A stretch of DNA of 64,000 bases from Zygnema circumcarinatum SAG 698-1b (taxonomy: Eukaryota; Plantae; Zygnematophyceae). The stretch covers positions 2,046,001 to 2,110,000 of the forward strand of contig CM074814.1 of NCBI GenBank assembly GCA_037447605.1, read 5' to 3'. Positions 10,880 to 23,280 of the stretch are shown one piece after another. The position numbers were made by a program, and so were the translations under genes. The stretch's first letter is position 1. Each line of letters opens with the position of its first letter. The notes beneath the pieces were generated by a model that was not told where the DNA came from, did not search any database, and was given only the letters and a program-made list of their open reading frames with translations.

Positions 10880-11790
10880 TACAAACATGCCGTTTCGGGC
10901 ATTGTCAACCGACAATCACAATCCCCCGATTACGAAAACCGTACAAAAAAGGGCCACATCCTCGTCCAAAAGACGATTGTCCGAATAGAGCCGTTTCGTG
11001 CCGGTACGGTGACGTCGACGACGTTCCGACGTTGACGTTCGACGACCGACCTACAGATTGACTGCCGTACAGATTCTCTGCCCGTCAGGTCCCCTTCGCC
11101 ATTTTCCGGCTGCTACATGAGTGGTCCACGTGGCGCCACTTGATTCGTAGCCGACATTCTGAAGCGACTCCACTGACGCTTCGTTCCGCCGCTTCGTGCA
11201 CCACCGTTGATCTCCATCCGTCGCGCCACATGTCGCGCGCTCCACGCTCCGCACTCGCGCCGCGACCAATCAGCGCTCCGCTGGCCGTACACCAGCGCNN
11301 NNNNNNNNGGTCATCGCGCCTTTGAAAATTGGTCATACCGGCAAATGCGGAGTGGTGATAAAGTCACGTCGCGTCACGATCACGGTTACGTTCGGGGGGC
11401 GCGAGACTGGTGAAGTTGACTCGAAAACTTGGTAATCGTACAGCTTGGTAATTGATAATCGTTTTTTAAGTCTGAGACCCCCTAATATGGACGCTATAAG
11501 CACACCACTTAGAACTCAGCCGGGCGCCATCCGCGCGTCGCATCTGCGCGTCGTATGCGCGTGTCGCATGAACGACGTCGCCGGTGTCGCACGCGCGCGT
11601 CGCCGGCCACGTGGCGAACCGCCACGGGCTAGCAAGAGGGACGGGCTACGGGCTACAAACATGCCGTTTCGGGCATTGTCAACCGACAATCACAATCCCG
11701 CGATTACGAACATCGTACAAAAAAGGGCCACATCCAGGGCTCCACAGCCTGTTGCCGGTTTGGTGCCGGTACGGTGACGTCGACGACGTT
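10880..11790 (+). repeat. Diverged direct duplication 10880-11025 / 11654-11790 straddling the second N-gap
   Basis: Both copies start tacaaacatgccgtttcgggcattgtcaaccgacaatcacaatccc and end ccggtacggtgacgtcgacgacgtt. Confidence 0.85.
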
Positions 11791-12322
11791 TTGATGACGA
11801 AGCGATTCAGAAACACGGTAATATCATCTTCCCCTGTTCTTTACGTCCTCCCGACATCCATTTTCTTACACTCGCCAGTCTAACAGAAGAGTTGCTGCTG
11901 ATCATTCCGAGGATCCTCCTGATCTGCTGAGGATGGAACATGGAGTGGAGTGAAGGGGAGAATGGTGGAAAAATGAAGGAAGAAAAGGATGAAGAAGAAA
12001 CATCGAGAGTCGAAAGAGCAGAATGGTGGAGGGGGGAAGGAAAAAAAGGAAGGGAAGTAACATGGAGTGTGATGAAGGGGAGAATGGTGGAGAAAGAAGG
12101 AAGAAGAGAAGGAGGAAGGAATTAGATTGTAGTGAAAAGGAAAATGGTGGAAGGAAGAAGGAAGAAACAGAAGGAGACAGGAACATGGAGTGTGGTGAAG
12201 GAAAGATGGTGGAAAGGAGATGGAAGAAGAAGAAAGAAGAAAAGGAGAAGTGTACTGAAGGAAGAATGGTGTATGGAAGGAAGAAGAAGGTGTTGATGGA
12301 GATGAAAGTTACTAACTAACAA

Positions 12323-14010
12323 GTCAGTCCGTTAGCTTGTCAGGTTGTCGGGAAGTCTGTCAGTCTGTCCGTTAGTCAGTCGTCTGTCTGTCGGCCAGTG
12401 TGTGTGTCCGTCAGTCAGTCAGTCAGTCGGTCGTCGGCCAGTCTGTGAGTTAGTCGGTTTGTCGGTCGGTTTGTCGGCCAGTTCCTGTGTCCGTCCGTCA
12501 GTCTGTCGGCCAGTCCGCCAGTCCTCTGGACTATAAAGACTTTGTCTGTCGGCTAGTCCGCCATTTTAAAAACCTCTTATGTGGAATTTTCGACTAAGAT
12601 AAGGTTCGTATCTATTTTTATTTTCATATGTAAAATGACAAATAACCATACTTTGATTTCTAAAGGACCCAGTCCTGGAGATAACGAAATTCCGAAACAC
12701 CGATAAGGTTCGTATCTATGTTTATTTTCATATGTGAAAAGACAAATAACCCTAATTTTATTTCTGAAGGACCCAGTCCTGGAGATAACGAAAATCAGAA
12801 ACACCGAAAAGGTTCGTATCTATGTTTATTTTCATATGTAAAATGACAAATAACCGTACTTTGATTTCTGAAGGACCCAGTCCTGGAGATAACGAAAATC
12901 AGAAACACCGAAAAGGTTTGTATCTATGTTTATTTTCATATGTAAAATGACAAATAACCGTACTTTGATTTCTGAAGGACCCAGTCCTGGAGATAACGAA
13001 GATCTAAAAGAGCGGAAATCGTCAAACTTGGAAATCCGCATCAAAACAGGTTCGTACTTCAATTTCTCATTCCTCCCACTTTTATAGTTTTCAGAAAGAC
13101 AGAAGAGTTGTAGAGGTAAACCGGTAGGAAGAATGGTAGAAGACAGGAGGAAGAAAAGAAAGAGAGAGAGAGAGCTTTTACCATTTTTTTTTCCTTTTCT
13201 TTTTCTTCTTTAATAATGTTTTTGTTTTTTTCCATTATGTGAGTGTCGGCGTGTGTGTGGCTATGTCTGTATGTTTGTCTGACTGTGCGCATTCTTTTAT
13301 CTGAAAATAGAAAAAAAAAAAAAAAAATAATATTACAACAGAAGGCCTAATGTTGTAATAATTACATTGTTTTTTTTTTTTTCTCTGCGAGTGTTTTTGT
13401 GTGCGGCAGAATTTGCGTGTGTGATTTTTCTACAAATAAGAAAAAAAAAAAAAAAAAAAGGAAACAAACTACTACACATAGGGCCCTATGTTGTATAGTT
13501 TGTTTTTTTTTTTTTCGACTGTGATGATGTTTGTGCGTGTCTCAATTTGCGTGTTAGACTAAAAAACAAGGGTTTTTATGATTTCTTAAACATTTTCTAT
13601 TTTCAAGATTTTTAGGAATTTTAAGATTTTTAAGGTTTTACATATTTAGGTTATTATTTAGGTTTTTTAGAAATTTTATAGATATTTTAAGCATTTTTAG
13701 CGCTTTTACAGTTTTTTTAATCTTTCAGAATTTTTACAGTTTTTAGTCAGTCCGTTAGCTTGTCAGTTTGTCGGGAAGTCTGTCAGTCTGTCCGTTAGTC
13801 AGTCGTCTGTCTGTCGGACAGTATGTGTGTCCGTCTGTCAGTCAGTCTGTCGGTCGTCGGGCAGTCTGCGAGTTAGTCGGTTTGTCGGTCGGTTTGTCGG
13901 CCAGTTCACGTGTCCGTCCGTCAGTCAGTCGGCTAGTCCGCCAGTCCTCTGGACTATAAAGACTTTGTCTGTCGGCCAGTCCGCCATTTTAAAAACATCT
14001 TACGTGGAAT
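12323..14010 (+). repeat. Duplicated ~270-bp GTCY (gtcc/gtct/gtca/gtcg) microsatellite block at 12323-12590 and 13745-14010
   Basis: Near-identical sequence, and near-identical ORF translations MSGSLSVCPLVSRLSVGQ at 12345 and 13768. Confidence 0.9.
12598..13001 (+). repeat. Four tandem copies of a 104-bp unit
   Basis: ggacccagtcctggagataacgaa at 12665, 12769, 12873 and 12977 (period 104). Confidence 0.95.
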
Positions 14011-14215
14011 TAACGATAATATAGAAATTGAAAACATCGATAAACATAAAAAATTATTGGCAACGTGGCAACACTTGATTGAATAAAATAAGACCCATTT
14101 CCTACAAAAAATCAAGAAAACACACAACACCCACGTCGCAATCTCTGACTGGATAACACGTATACCACATTCCGTTCCACAATCCAAAAAAAAAAAAAAA
14201 AAAAAATTTTTTTTT

Positions 14216-14279
14216 AAACCACACACAAACTTGACGACAGAATGACACATCATTCTGTCGTCAAGTTTGTGTGTGGTTT
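14216..14279. repeat. Perfect 30-bp stem, 4-nt loop hairpin
   Basis: aaaccacacacaaacttgacgacagaatga-caca-tcattctgtcgtcaagtttgtgtgtggttt. Confidence 0.95.
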
Positions 14280-15121
14280 TTTTTTGATTTTTTTTCCCAT
14301 TTTAGGGCTACGTGGCAACACCCGACTGGATAAAAAACATACCCCATATCCTACAAACGATCCAAAAAAACACCACAATACAAACGTGGCAATTTCTAAC
14401 TGGATAAAAGCATAACTGAATAACGTTTCGTTTCAACGCTGTCCGTTGAAACGAAACGTAATTATGAGTACATAAATACGCGATATACCCCATTTTAACC
14501 GCATTCGATCCAACGAAGAGCACACCAATCAGGACGCGCGACGTGGCAACGTCACACTCGCGGAAATTATACCCCATTTTCATCAAAATCATCTTTGACA
14601 CCTTAATCGAATAATCGTACGGATGAAAACGATGACAAAGCTTTTGCCTACGGCAACGCAAAAACTACATTTCCTAACCTAACCGTTATTCTTACCAAGC
14701 CACTACTTGCCTTGAGCCCTTACAGAGCAGATAAAACCCAAAAAGGGAGCACATGGAGAGGCGCTGCCGGAGGTTCTTTTGGGGAATTTGGAGGAGAGGT
14801 GGAGGGAGACAAAAGGACCTTCCTTTCGTGATTTTATAAATGACTGCAAAGCTTATGACACAGATGATTCAATCCAGAAACCTGCTTCTGCTTCTGTCTT
14901 AGAAACTACAGCTATGGTACATAGTCAGCTAACTAAGGACATCACCTTCCTCATACAAACCGCTTCCTTTTTCCTTCATCTTCATAGACTTACCTGAAAC
15001 GTCTAACAAACCTCCCCTTTATCATCAGGACTTCTATGTGTAAGTGAACTGAACCAATTTCCACTACTTCAAACTTTTAGGGTTGTGGCAATGTTCCAAC
15101 CTGTGCGTAACTCTCTTGCAG

Positions 15122-15700
15122 TCATTGAAGCTTCAAAACCTCCTTGTGTCGAAAACAACCCACGATGTGGTCATTGACCATCCCCGTGGCCTGCATGAAC
15201 GCATACATGATGGAGGGGCCCACAAAGCGGAGCCCTCTCTTCATGAGGTCTTTGCTTATCTCCTCCGATGTGACTGACTTCGTGGGCAGCTCAGCCATGC
15301 TTGTAAAGCACTGGTTCACAGGCTTGTTCGATACAAAGCCCCATAAATACTCGTCAAATGATCCAAATTCCTTCTGAATCTGCCGTCCAAACCCGAAAGT
15401 AAACGTATACGTATAAACATGGGAGGTTTGCTCAGCTTTCTCACATTACAAAAAATAAGCTAGAATCCGTGAAAGAGGATGCAGCCGCCCCCACCTGCAA
15501 GACGCAGCGAGCATTTTGAACAGCACTGCGAATTTTTCCTTTGTGTCGTACGATTCCGGCGTCTAGCAGGAGGGCCTCTATCTTGTCCTCTTGGAAGGTG
15601 GCCACCACTGCCGGCTCAAAATCGTTGAAGGCCTGCCTGCCGCGTGGCACACGTGCGGGAGGCAGATTGGTTAACAAAACGGTTCCTACAATAGTCAGTC

Positions 15701-15751
<51 letters not shown>

Positions 15752-17252
15752 GCTCTATCTCTTTGTGAATTTGTTTGTTCCTTTCTTGATTCCTTCCCTT
15801 CCGACAATCTCCAAAAGGGGTGTGCGCTAACTGCGAAAGATTAAACTGAGTTTCCTGTCAAGCGGTACTCCACTTCCTTTTATTTCATAGTGACAACAAA
15901 AAGAAGAAGCTACAGATATCTGAAGAACATGCGTACAGTAGGCATTTTTAGGGCTATACTGCTGATGCAATTTTGATGATCTGAAGTTACCCAAAGCTGA
16001 TTATTTCACGTTCTAAAATTCGTCAAGCGTCAAAACTAATGATATTCCAAACAAGTATAAATCAAGACAATAATCTCAAGTTTCTGCAGCAAAATCTTCT
16101 GAAAAAACTCTGGAGTTTCTTGATTCCAGTCCGCAACTGAGACAATCTACAAGGGAACAAAGTCTGGAAGGAGAGGAAATTCACCCACCGGTAATTCAGA
16201 CGCTTATTGAGAATAGTGGACCAGCTCAGACCCGCTTGTGCTCCTTCCAAAACCAACAGTTCAAAGAGTGCTCTGCAGGTCAAACAAACATCATCTTCCC
16301 TCCTTCATCCACATGCAACAGCTCCCTTACATTCTGAGTCATCGCTCATAACAAGGATGAGAGATAGATAGCGAAGGGCACATTGTTTTTGCTACAGCCC
16401 TCCCCTGCCCTGAGCTAAGAACCCTTACTGGAGCTAATTTCATCAGGAGTAAGGAGAAACGTAAGTGTCTTTCCTTGTCCAAATACTTTGAACTCGTGCT
16501 TTCACTCACCTGTCGTCATGAACAGGAACTCCCCATTCTTCATCGTGGTACTTTCTATAGAGCGCAGAACCTGCACCTGCACTGCACACTTGTTGTGAAG
16601 CAGTTAGTCCCTATCCAAGTGCTAATCTAAAGTGGCTATCTTCGGAGTAGATTGGCATTTCAAATGCTACACCATTTACAAAGAGATAGCACAAACAGAT
16701 GTCGGCTGAGATTAGCACATGAGGGCCCTCACCAGTATAAGTTGAGCTCCAAGGACAGCGTTGTTTCCCATCCTCATATTGTAATGGCACATGAGTAGCT
16801 AATGTAGGAGCATTCTCCAAGCTTGGATCTATCTTTTTGCTCAACTTCTTTGACCCGGTTGGCCGTCCGCTCCCACGCTTCCTAGTCGCCACCTCGTTCA
16901 CTTCTTCAGCTTCAGAACCCAATTGGCATGAGTCCGCCCCTGCACTCTTCCTCCTCGCTGCCGTTCTGCTGCCTGACCTCTTCTTGGTCTCATCTCCCAC
17001 CTCTGTAAGCATGTCAGCATCCCCCTTCTCTGTTAACCGCTTCTCTTTCTCATATGAAGACGTAAGTATCGAAACTTTACCCTGATTCCCTTCGTAAGCT
17101 GCCTTGATGCCAGCTTCCAGCCGCTGCCCTGAACGCAGCTGAGGTGCAGCGCCTGTACCTGCACCTTCGAGTAAAGGGAAAACAGCCTTCACGAGCCGCG
17201 CTGAGCGCCGCAGTTCAGACGGTAAAGGGGCTGCTCCAAGGGGCCCAGCCAT
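15122..17252 (-). CDS. tag: DNA-3-methyladenine glycosylase I (TAG/Adenine_glyco family), 354 aa, exons 17252-16733, 16570-16510, 16272-16189, 15636-15495, 15379-15122
   Basis: Hallmark motifs RCPW, YHDEEWGVPVHDDR, LFELLVLEGAQAGLSWSTILNKR, GIVRHKGKI, KRGLRFVGP and MQATGMVNDH. All junctions are GT-AG and phase-consistent. Confidence 0.95.
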
Positions 17253-19309
17253 GGCTACTGTACAGCATCAACGGTCAAGGAAAGGCATGCAGAAGGAAGG
17301 CTAAAAAGGAGCGAAAATTGGCATGCAAGAGTCACGCCCGTAAGAAAGAGTGCATGATTTCAATGTGCAGTCTCTGATGATGAAGCCCTTTGTTTATTTC
17401 TTCACGTCTTTTAGTAATTTGAATGAAGTTCTGAAGTTCTCATCTCCCACACGCAGCTGCTCACCTTCTTGCTGACGTAATGCTGTATTGTAATGTACCG
17501 TAGTGTGATCCTAAGTGACGTCACCGAGGAAGTACGAAGGCAATTTCGAACCACTCAGCGCGTCTCCTTCTCACATCTTTCCAATTACCTCTGCCATTCT
17601 TTCCTAATAAGCGCGTAATCTTCACAAAAATAAACATATTGACGACCTTGCAAACCTAAAAGCCGAAGGGATGGGGGGAGGGAGAGAGACACGGAAAGGG
17701 AGATGGAGATGGAAAGGGAGAGGGAGGAATGGCAAGAAAGAGGAGTGAAGGGGAGAAGGAGCGAAGCGGAGGGAGGGAGAAGGGGAGAGGGGAGAGAGAG
17801 GCAGAGGAAAGGGAAAACGGAGAGAAGTAGAGAGAAGCAGAGGAAAGGGATAAAGGAGGGGAGAGAGAAAGGCTGAAGGAGGGGAGGAGGGAGAAAGAGA
17901 GGGAGAGGGAGAAGGCGAAGGACATAAAGGAGGGGATAAAGGAGAGGGTAAGGTCGTCAGTCATAATCTTATCTTGACATAGGTGATGGGGCTGTAGATG
18001 GGTTGCAAATAGGGTTGTTTCTGGCATTGGTGATGGGGTTGTAGATGGGGTGGTTCTTGGGGTTGTTGATAGGGTTGTAGACGGGGTTTCTTTTGAGGTT
18101 ATATTCGTTCGTGTATTCTTGTGTTTTTTACAGATTTTTATACTTTTTTTGTTTTCTATCCAGTGAATCTCCTCTTTTGTGCAATAATGGGTCGTTTTTC
18201 TCCATTTTAGTGCACTCATACTGCGTTGTCAAATGGAATACGAATGCACTAAAGTGGGAAGAAAGGAGACTCACCACTGCACAAAAGCAGTGATTCATTG
18301 GATGAAAAATGAAAGAGTGTAAAAAATGTGTAAAAACACAAAGAATACATCGATATGAGTAATCTCAAGAGTCATTGTGGAGCGGAAACCGGAATTAGGT
18401 GCTTTGAGGGAGCTGCTGGAGGAAGCATCCATTTCCTGGCCCAAAACATTGCCTCTCTGCAGGTTCGGCAGAAAAGGGCTCCACTTACAAAGGTCTTCCC
18501 TACAGACGTCGAATAAGTGTAGAGATGCAGGTTATGGAATGAACACGAACAGTTCTTAAGTGTCTATCTAATCGACAATTTATTTCGTTTTTCTTTCGTA
18601 ATCAACGGTAGAATGTAGTTTACTTGTTTGTTTACTTGTAGTTTTGTTTAACTCGCTATACATTTCTGTAATTGATGAAGAACCAGACCTTCACTTATCT
18701 ATGTTGGGTTTACACTCAGAGCTAAAGGGCTAGTAATCTATGATTCTAGGGTCTATAGTATACGCTTTCTTCAGAATACATCTATTTAGGTCTATGTTCA
18801 CAGCCGGCCCGGACTACTCCTGGCCATCAGTAAGGGAAATGTTGGACTTATGATTTTCCGATAATGTCACTTTTTTAGGAGTGCTCTCTATTCGAAGCAT
18901 CTGCCATCAACGCGAGGCAGGAAAAGCAGAGCATTTACTTGTTTTATTTTTTCCTGTTTTGTGTCAAGGCTACACTTTCGCTATCAGATCCGTAGATTTG
19001 GTTTCTACGTTTTGTCTTTCGATTCTCTTTTTGTAATTTCTTTTTCAATAGTGAATAGTGAACACTTGTCCTCCTCTATTTGCATTGCAAGAGGGCTCGT
19101 TGTTATTCTTGACTCAGCAGTACATGCAGGTTTTGTGACTCCTTTTCCTGAGTATTTGAGTGAAACCGAATTTTTGGAAAAAAAAAAAAAAAAATGCTCT
19201 AATGTTGACGTCTCAAGTAGACACCTCGAAGAAAGTACAGTAACTAGCAAGAATGATTTCAACCCAATTTTTAAAGGAAACATTCAAAGAATAATGGTTT
19301 TAGCATGCG

Positions 19310-22300
19310 TTATGATGCGAGCATGAGCTCATAGACACGTGCACTGCTATTTCTGCTGCTTCTTTTTAGCCCCTCGAAGCTTCTCCGACTGCCCATAAAT
19401 TCGCTACGTTTCATTCTGCAGCAGCCCCCTTCACCTCCCCTTGCTAACAATCTGCTCCTCAAGCGATCAGCGTGCCTCGAGTCAGTGTGCGTTGCAAGAG
19501 CCTCCTCGTCTTCAGTCATTTCTTCCTGTAGGACTCCCAGAAATGCAAAAGATTGTCAGCATTTCTGCTTTTACATTGCTGATCCTGTGAATGAGACAGT
19601 AAACATTTGAAGAAATCCTGAAGATCAAAAGCATCAAAGAGAGACAATCTTGTTTGTGTGCAGTACTTTCACGAAGAAGCAGCACTGCAGGCACCTGGAA
19701 ACACTCCCGGGAGAGGCTGAACTGAACTTTTAGAGGATATAGAAGGTAACAACTCAGAGTATCGTCTCTCTCCCCTCACAAGGATAATGTAAGCAGGTGA
19801 GCAGGGCTTGTTGACTGGCAAGGAACTTATGAGGGAAAAAGTGATGCAGAGGTGGTTCAGGTGGAAGGGTAGGCAATGAAGGCATTGAGAGGAAGGGAAG
19901 GAGTCACCTGGTAAAAGCCATAGATGATATTCAAGACTTGTCTCCTTGAGAATCCTGTCGCTGAAAAAACAGACTTCGACTTTGGGCCGATCTCATCGAA
20001 CCTGTCGATGGGAAAGAGGATAGTCAAAAATGCTCCCCTGAAGATTGTTTCTCCTTGCTCACTGTCAAAGGCAACGCAACAAGAACGATGACAGCAAATC
20101 TTCCCATTAGCGTTCGGAGGCTAAACTTGCTTCAACCATCTTATGAACCATTTCACAATGCAGGAAAAACTCATCCATACAAACCAGTCTTTGATTCTTC
20201 TTTTCTAAACCAAAATGTGAAACATTTTCTTACCTCTCAGTGAGCCTTCTTGTCGGACACGCTCCCTGCGTTTGTTCCAATGCTGTTCTCTCCATCCAAG
20301 ACAGATGCGACTCTTCTGTATTCTGATTGGTCCAAAAAGCACCCTCATTCAAACAACCGAAACTGGACTGCTGCGGAGTTTGAGCGAGATGTGGAATGGA
20401 CTGTTCGGACACATCGCAGAATATTCGAGCAAGCATTGGATCATCCGTCACGGTCCAACAGAGGGAGTCGAGAAGAGCAGGAGGAGTGGGCAATGGGCGA
20501 ATGCTTCTGCAGAGCTGGCAAAAAAAAAAAAAGAGCCGCACAGTTTTGCTTTGAACAGCCCGTTAACAACTATATAGCAAAAGCGAACTAACATAGGCAC
20601 ATAGACACAAAAAGAGACACAAAACGTGCATATTGGGCATGTTATTGCCGATACTGTCCTGATGGTATTGGTAAATCGTTTCGGTTGGCTGTAGAAGTAG
20701 ATACGATGGCTCATTCGAGTGAAGCAGACAAGAAGCCCTTGAACCCTAGTAAAGAAAACAGGGCAGATTCAAGCCCCTTAGAGCGACTGCAGTTTGTCCT
20801 CACACCAAGTAGAGAAGTGGACTCTGAGTTCACCTGCTGCCGTCTGATTAGGACACCCTCTTTAGCGTTCTCCACTTCATCCTCCCTCAGCTTGCAACTT
20901 TGTTCAATAGCTCTATTTGTCAGAGACAGAACAGGAGTGGTCTCCAATCCACCAGAGCCTCCCTCCCTGCTATCAGACTGCATAACGGAGACGTTATTTC
21001 ACCAAATGAGGTTTCAGTTTCAGTTTCACCTTATCAAATCATTGTGGGTAACGGAATCCATACGATCGTCTACAGGAGTATTTTGCAAAGTATGTAAAAG
21101 AGTTGTGGCAAAAGATCAACATACGGATGTGGAACCATAGTATAAACGAGCAGAATACAATGTTTGTCGATGCTTGTGATGAGAGAGCTTTCCCACCTGT
21201 ACTAGTAAGTCGTCGGTTCGGCTAACTAGCCAGGCAGAAAGCTGCCTAACCATGTCAGCAGACAACTGCACAAGACGTTGCGCTTTGCGTCGCTCGATTG
21301 ACCTTATAGCCCACATAGGCTAGCAAATTCAAAGCAAATTCACTACAAGTTAGTGTTTGGAGGAACTCATTGGGTCCCACTCTTGGTCAGTCACTTAACA
21401 ATTGGTCCTGGAAACCTGGAAAGGAGGGCTAAAATGAAAGACAAGGCATCCCACGTAGGGGCACATCAGTCATCTTTCCTTTAGGGGAAAAACTGCAATG
21501 TATCTGAGAAACAATGAAGCATGAATCCGACCTCTTTACGCAGAGCTTCCACGTGCTGCACAAGGAGCTGTTATCGTTCACGACTTATTATCCACACAGG
21601 GAGCAGCAGCTCAGTTATTCTGAACTCACCGTGACCACCGTCAAGTTTCTTGCAACGTATTTGTGCAACGACTGCAGTTCGCAAATCACGTGTGTCACCC
21701 TTCCCCCAACGTAGAGCTCATCCTTCCATTCTGAGCCTCCTGCATCAAGGGCATTTCGGACCTGCAAACAATACACTGTCCTGTATCAAATTGGTTGTTT
21801 ATTCGTGGCAGCATGCTTTAGTCAGCTACTATTAACCGTTCCCAAAGCAAGTTTCTGACGAGCACTATATAAACCTTACCTGCTCTTTGGTGTGCAACGA
21901 TAAGTCAGGATCCAAATAGAAGCATGCGCCTTGGAGGACGCATTCTTGGTCTGCTGCTGAGTCTAATAGCTCAAGATGGTTCAATCCTTCTTCATGCATT
22001 ACGCATGCACCTTGTTCCATCACTTGGTCCGGACATGATGTCAGGGCGAGCTCCTTTCTAATGCATTCTTGTTGTTGTATTTCCTCCTGCAATTCATGGT
22101 GCGAGGAACAAGCTTTGTGGGGTAATGCCTCGTGCTTCGCATTGCCTGTCGAGCTTGCTGCGATGTTCACTCCATATTCCCATTCACCTTGTGGAACTGC
22201 AAGAAAAAACATGCAAGTTCGGCATCCACACTGAAACCAATCTTCTGGGCGAGTACTGTACCAGCATATGACCTTTTTGCAATTCGTACAGAGTATGCCC

Positions 22301-22906
22301 CTATAATGGCTGGAAAAGGAAATTCTTGACACAGCCCAAAACATTCTGTATGCAAGCAACGTACCGCAGAGCCTGACGGAATCTAAAAACCATTGAAGAC
22401 TCACGATATGTCTCCTGTGCGTCTCCATGTGTTCCAAGGTATGCTGAAGCTTTGCGCCATAGACTTTGTGGTCAGAAGTTAAAGGGCCTTAGAAAATCAG
22501 CAAGACTTGTAGCTCGAAACCGGTTGGGAGATGCATTAGATGAGGATTTCATTCCAGGCCATTTACAAGGGATGTTTGTGGTGATTTCTGCATTCAGTTC
22601 AGTATCCTCTATGAGTTTAGCGACAGCATCCGCCACATGCCAGCTTTCATTAAACCTAGCCGCACATCTTTGCACTGGATATGGATATCTGCACTATGAG
22701 GTGGGTGCATTCAGGAGTAAGGTCTCCGCTGTATTCGCCTCCAAAAGTCTCTGTCATCTCCTTAACCATGCGTCTTTCTTCTGCATGCCCACCAAAGTAC
22801 AGTACACACGCACCCTAAAGTTTTTTGAATCCTCGATTGCAACGAAGGTAACTTCAAATATGAGAAGCGTTCGCTTGAGAGTGACATAGATAGAGAGAAA
22901 GGGCAT
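19310..22906 (-). CDS. BRCT-domain DNA-repair protein (Arabidopsis At3g43930-like), multi-exon
   Basis: BRCT motifs GGEYSGDLTPECTHLIVQ, HIVSLQWFLDSVR and LQGACFYLDPDL. The C-terminus matches the family: FLTILFPIDRFDEIGP...FYQ|EEM...HTDSRHADRLR...GSRRSFEGLKR...VYEL. The start codon is uncertain. Confidence 0.88.
22468..22688 (-). other. U12-type (minor spliceosome) AT-AC intron, 221 bp, phase 0
   Basis: 5' end cag|ATATCCAT. Branch-like CCCTTTAAC lies 10 nt before ...GACCAC|. Splicing gives THLIVQ|KVYGAKLQHTLEH in frame with the downstream ORF. Confidence 0.85.
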
Positions 22907-23182
22907 GGTAGACTAAGCACGAGCACATGTTCATTTTTTCAAAAAAATATTTTCGTCAGTTTACTTCGAAATTAAAATTATCCTGTTTTTTTCCTCATTT
23001 CTATATTTTTCAATTTTTACTAATCACTTTATTAAGCCCTTCACTTCCTTCCAAAAAGCTGTAACCAAGCTCGAGTCTCCGCTTCACCTCTAGTAAGCCC
23101 TGTCACACAAATCCTGAGGCCCCTGAATGATGCCGATTCCCCATGCGCCATTTCTGCAAGTGCATGCAACGCTTACTGCCGG

Positions 23183-23280
23183 AACCCTATTGCTAACCCT
23201 AATCCTTATCCCAAACTTTACCCTTAGCCTAACCCTAACCCTAACCCTAATCCTAACCCTAATCCTAACCCTAATGCTTA
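23183..23280 (+). repeat. Interstitial telomere-like (CCCTAA)n array
   Basis: cctaaccctaaccctaaccctaatcctaaccctaatcctaaccctaa (23228-23274), with degenerate 6-bp units on both sides. Confidence 0.85.

Larger units (their letters stand above)
10230..14670. mobile_element. Composite non-autonomous Helitron/Helentron-like repeat cluster
   Basis: Contains GTCY microsatellite blocks, 104-bp and ~211-bp repeats, foldback hairpins and a terminal hairpin TTGCC-TAC-GGCAA near 14644. There is no coding potential, and the boundaries are approximate. Confidence 0.5.

Noticed and set aside
12598-13001. Possible CRISPR array
   Set aside because: The entire 104-bp unit is repeated with no unique spacers, there are no cas genes, and the context is eukaryotic.
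17660-18110. 187-aa minus ORF with TTPS repeats
   Set aside because: Low-complexity purine tract upstream of TAG, with no recognisable domain.
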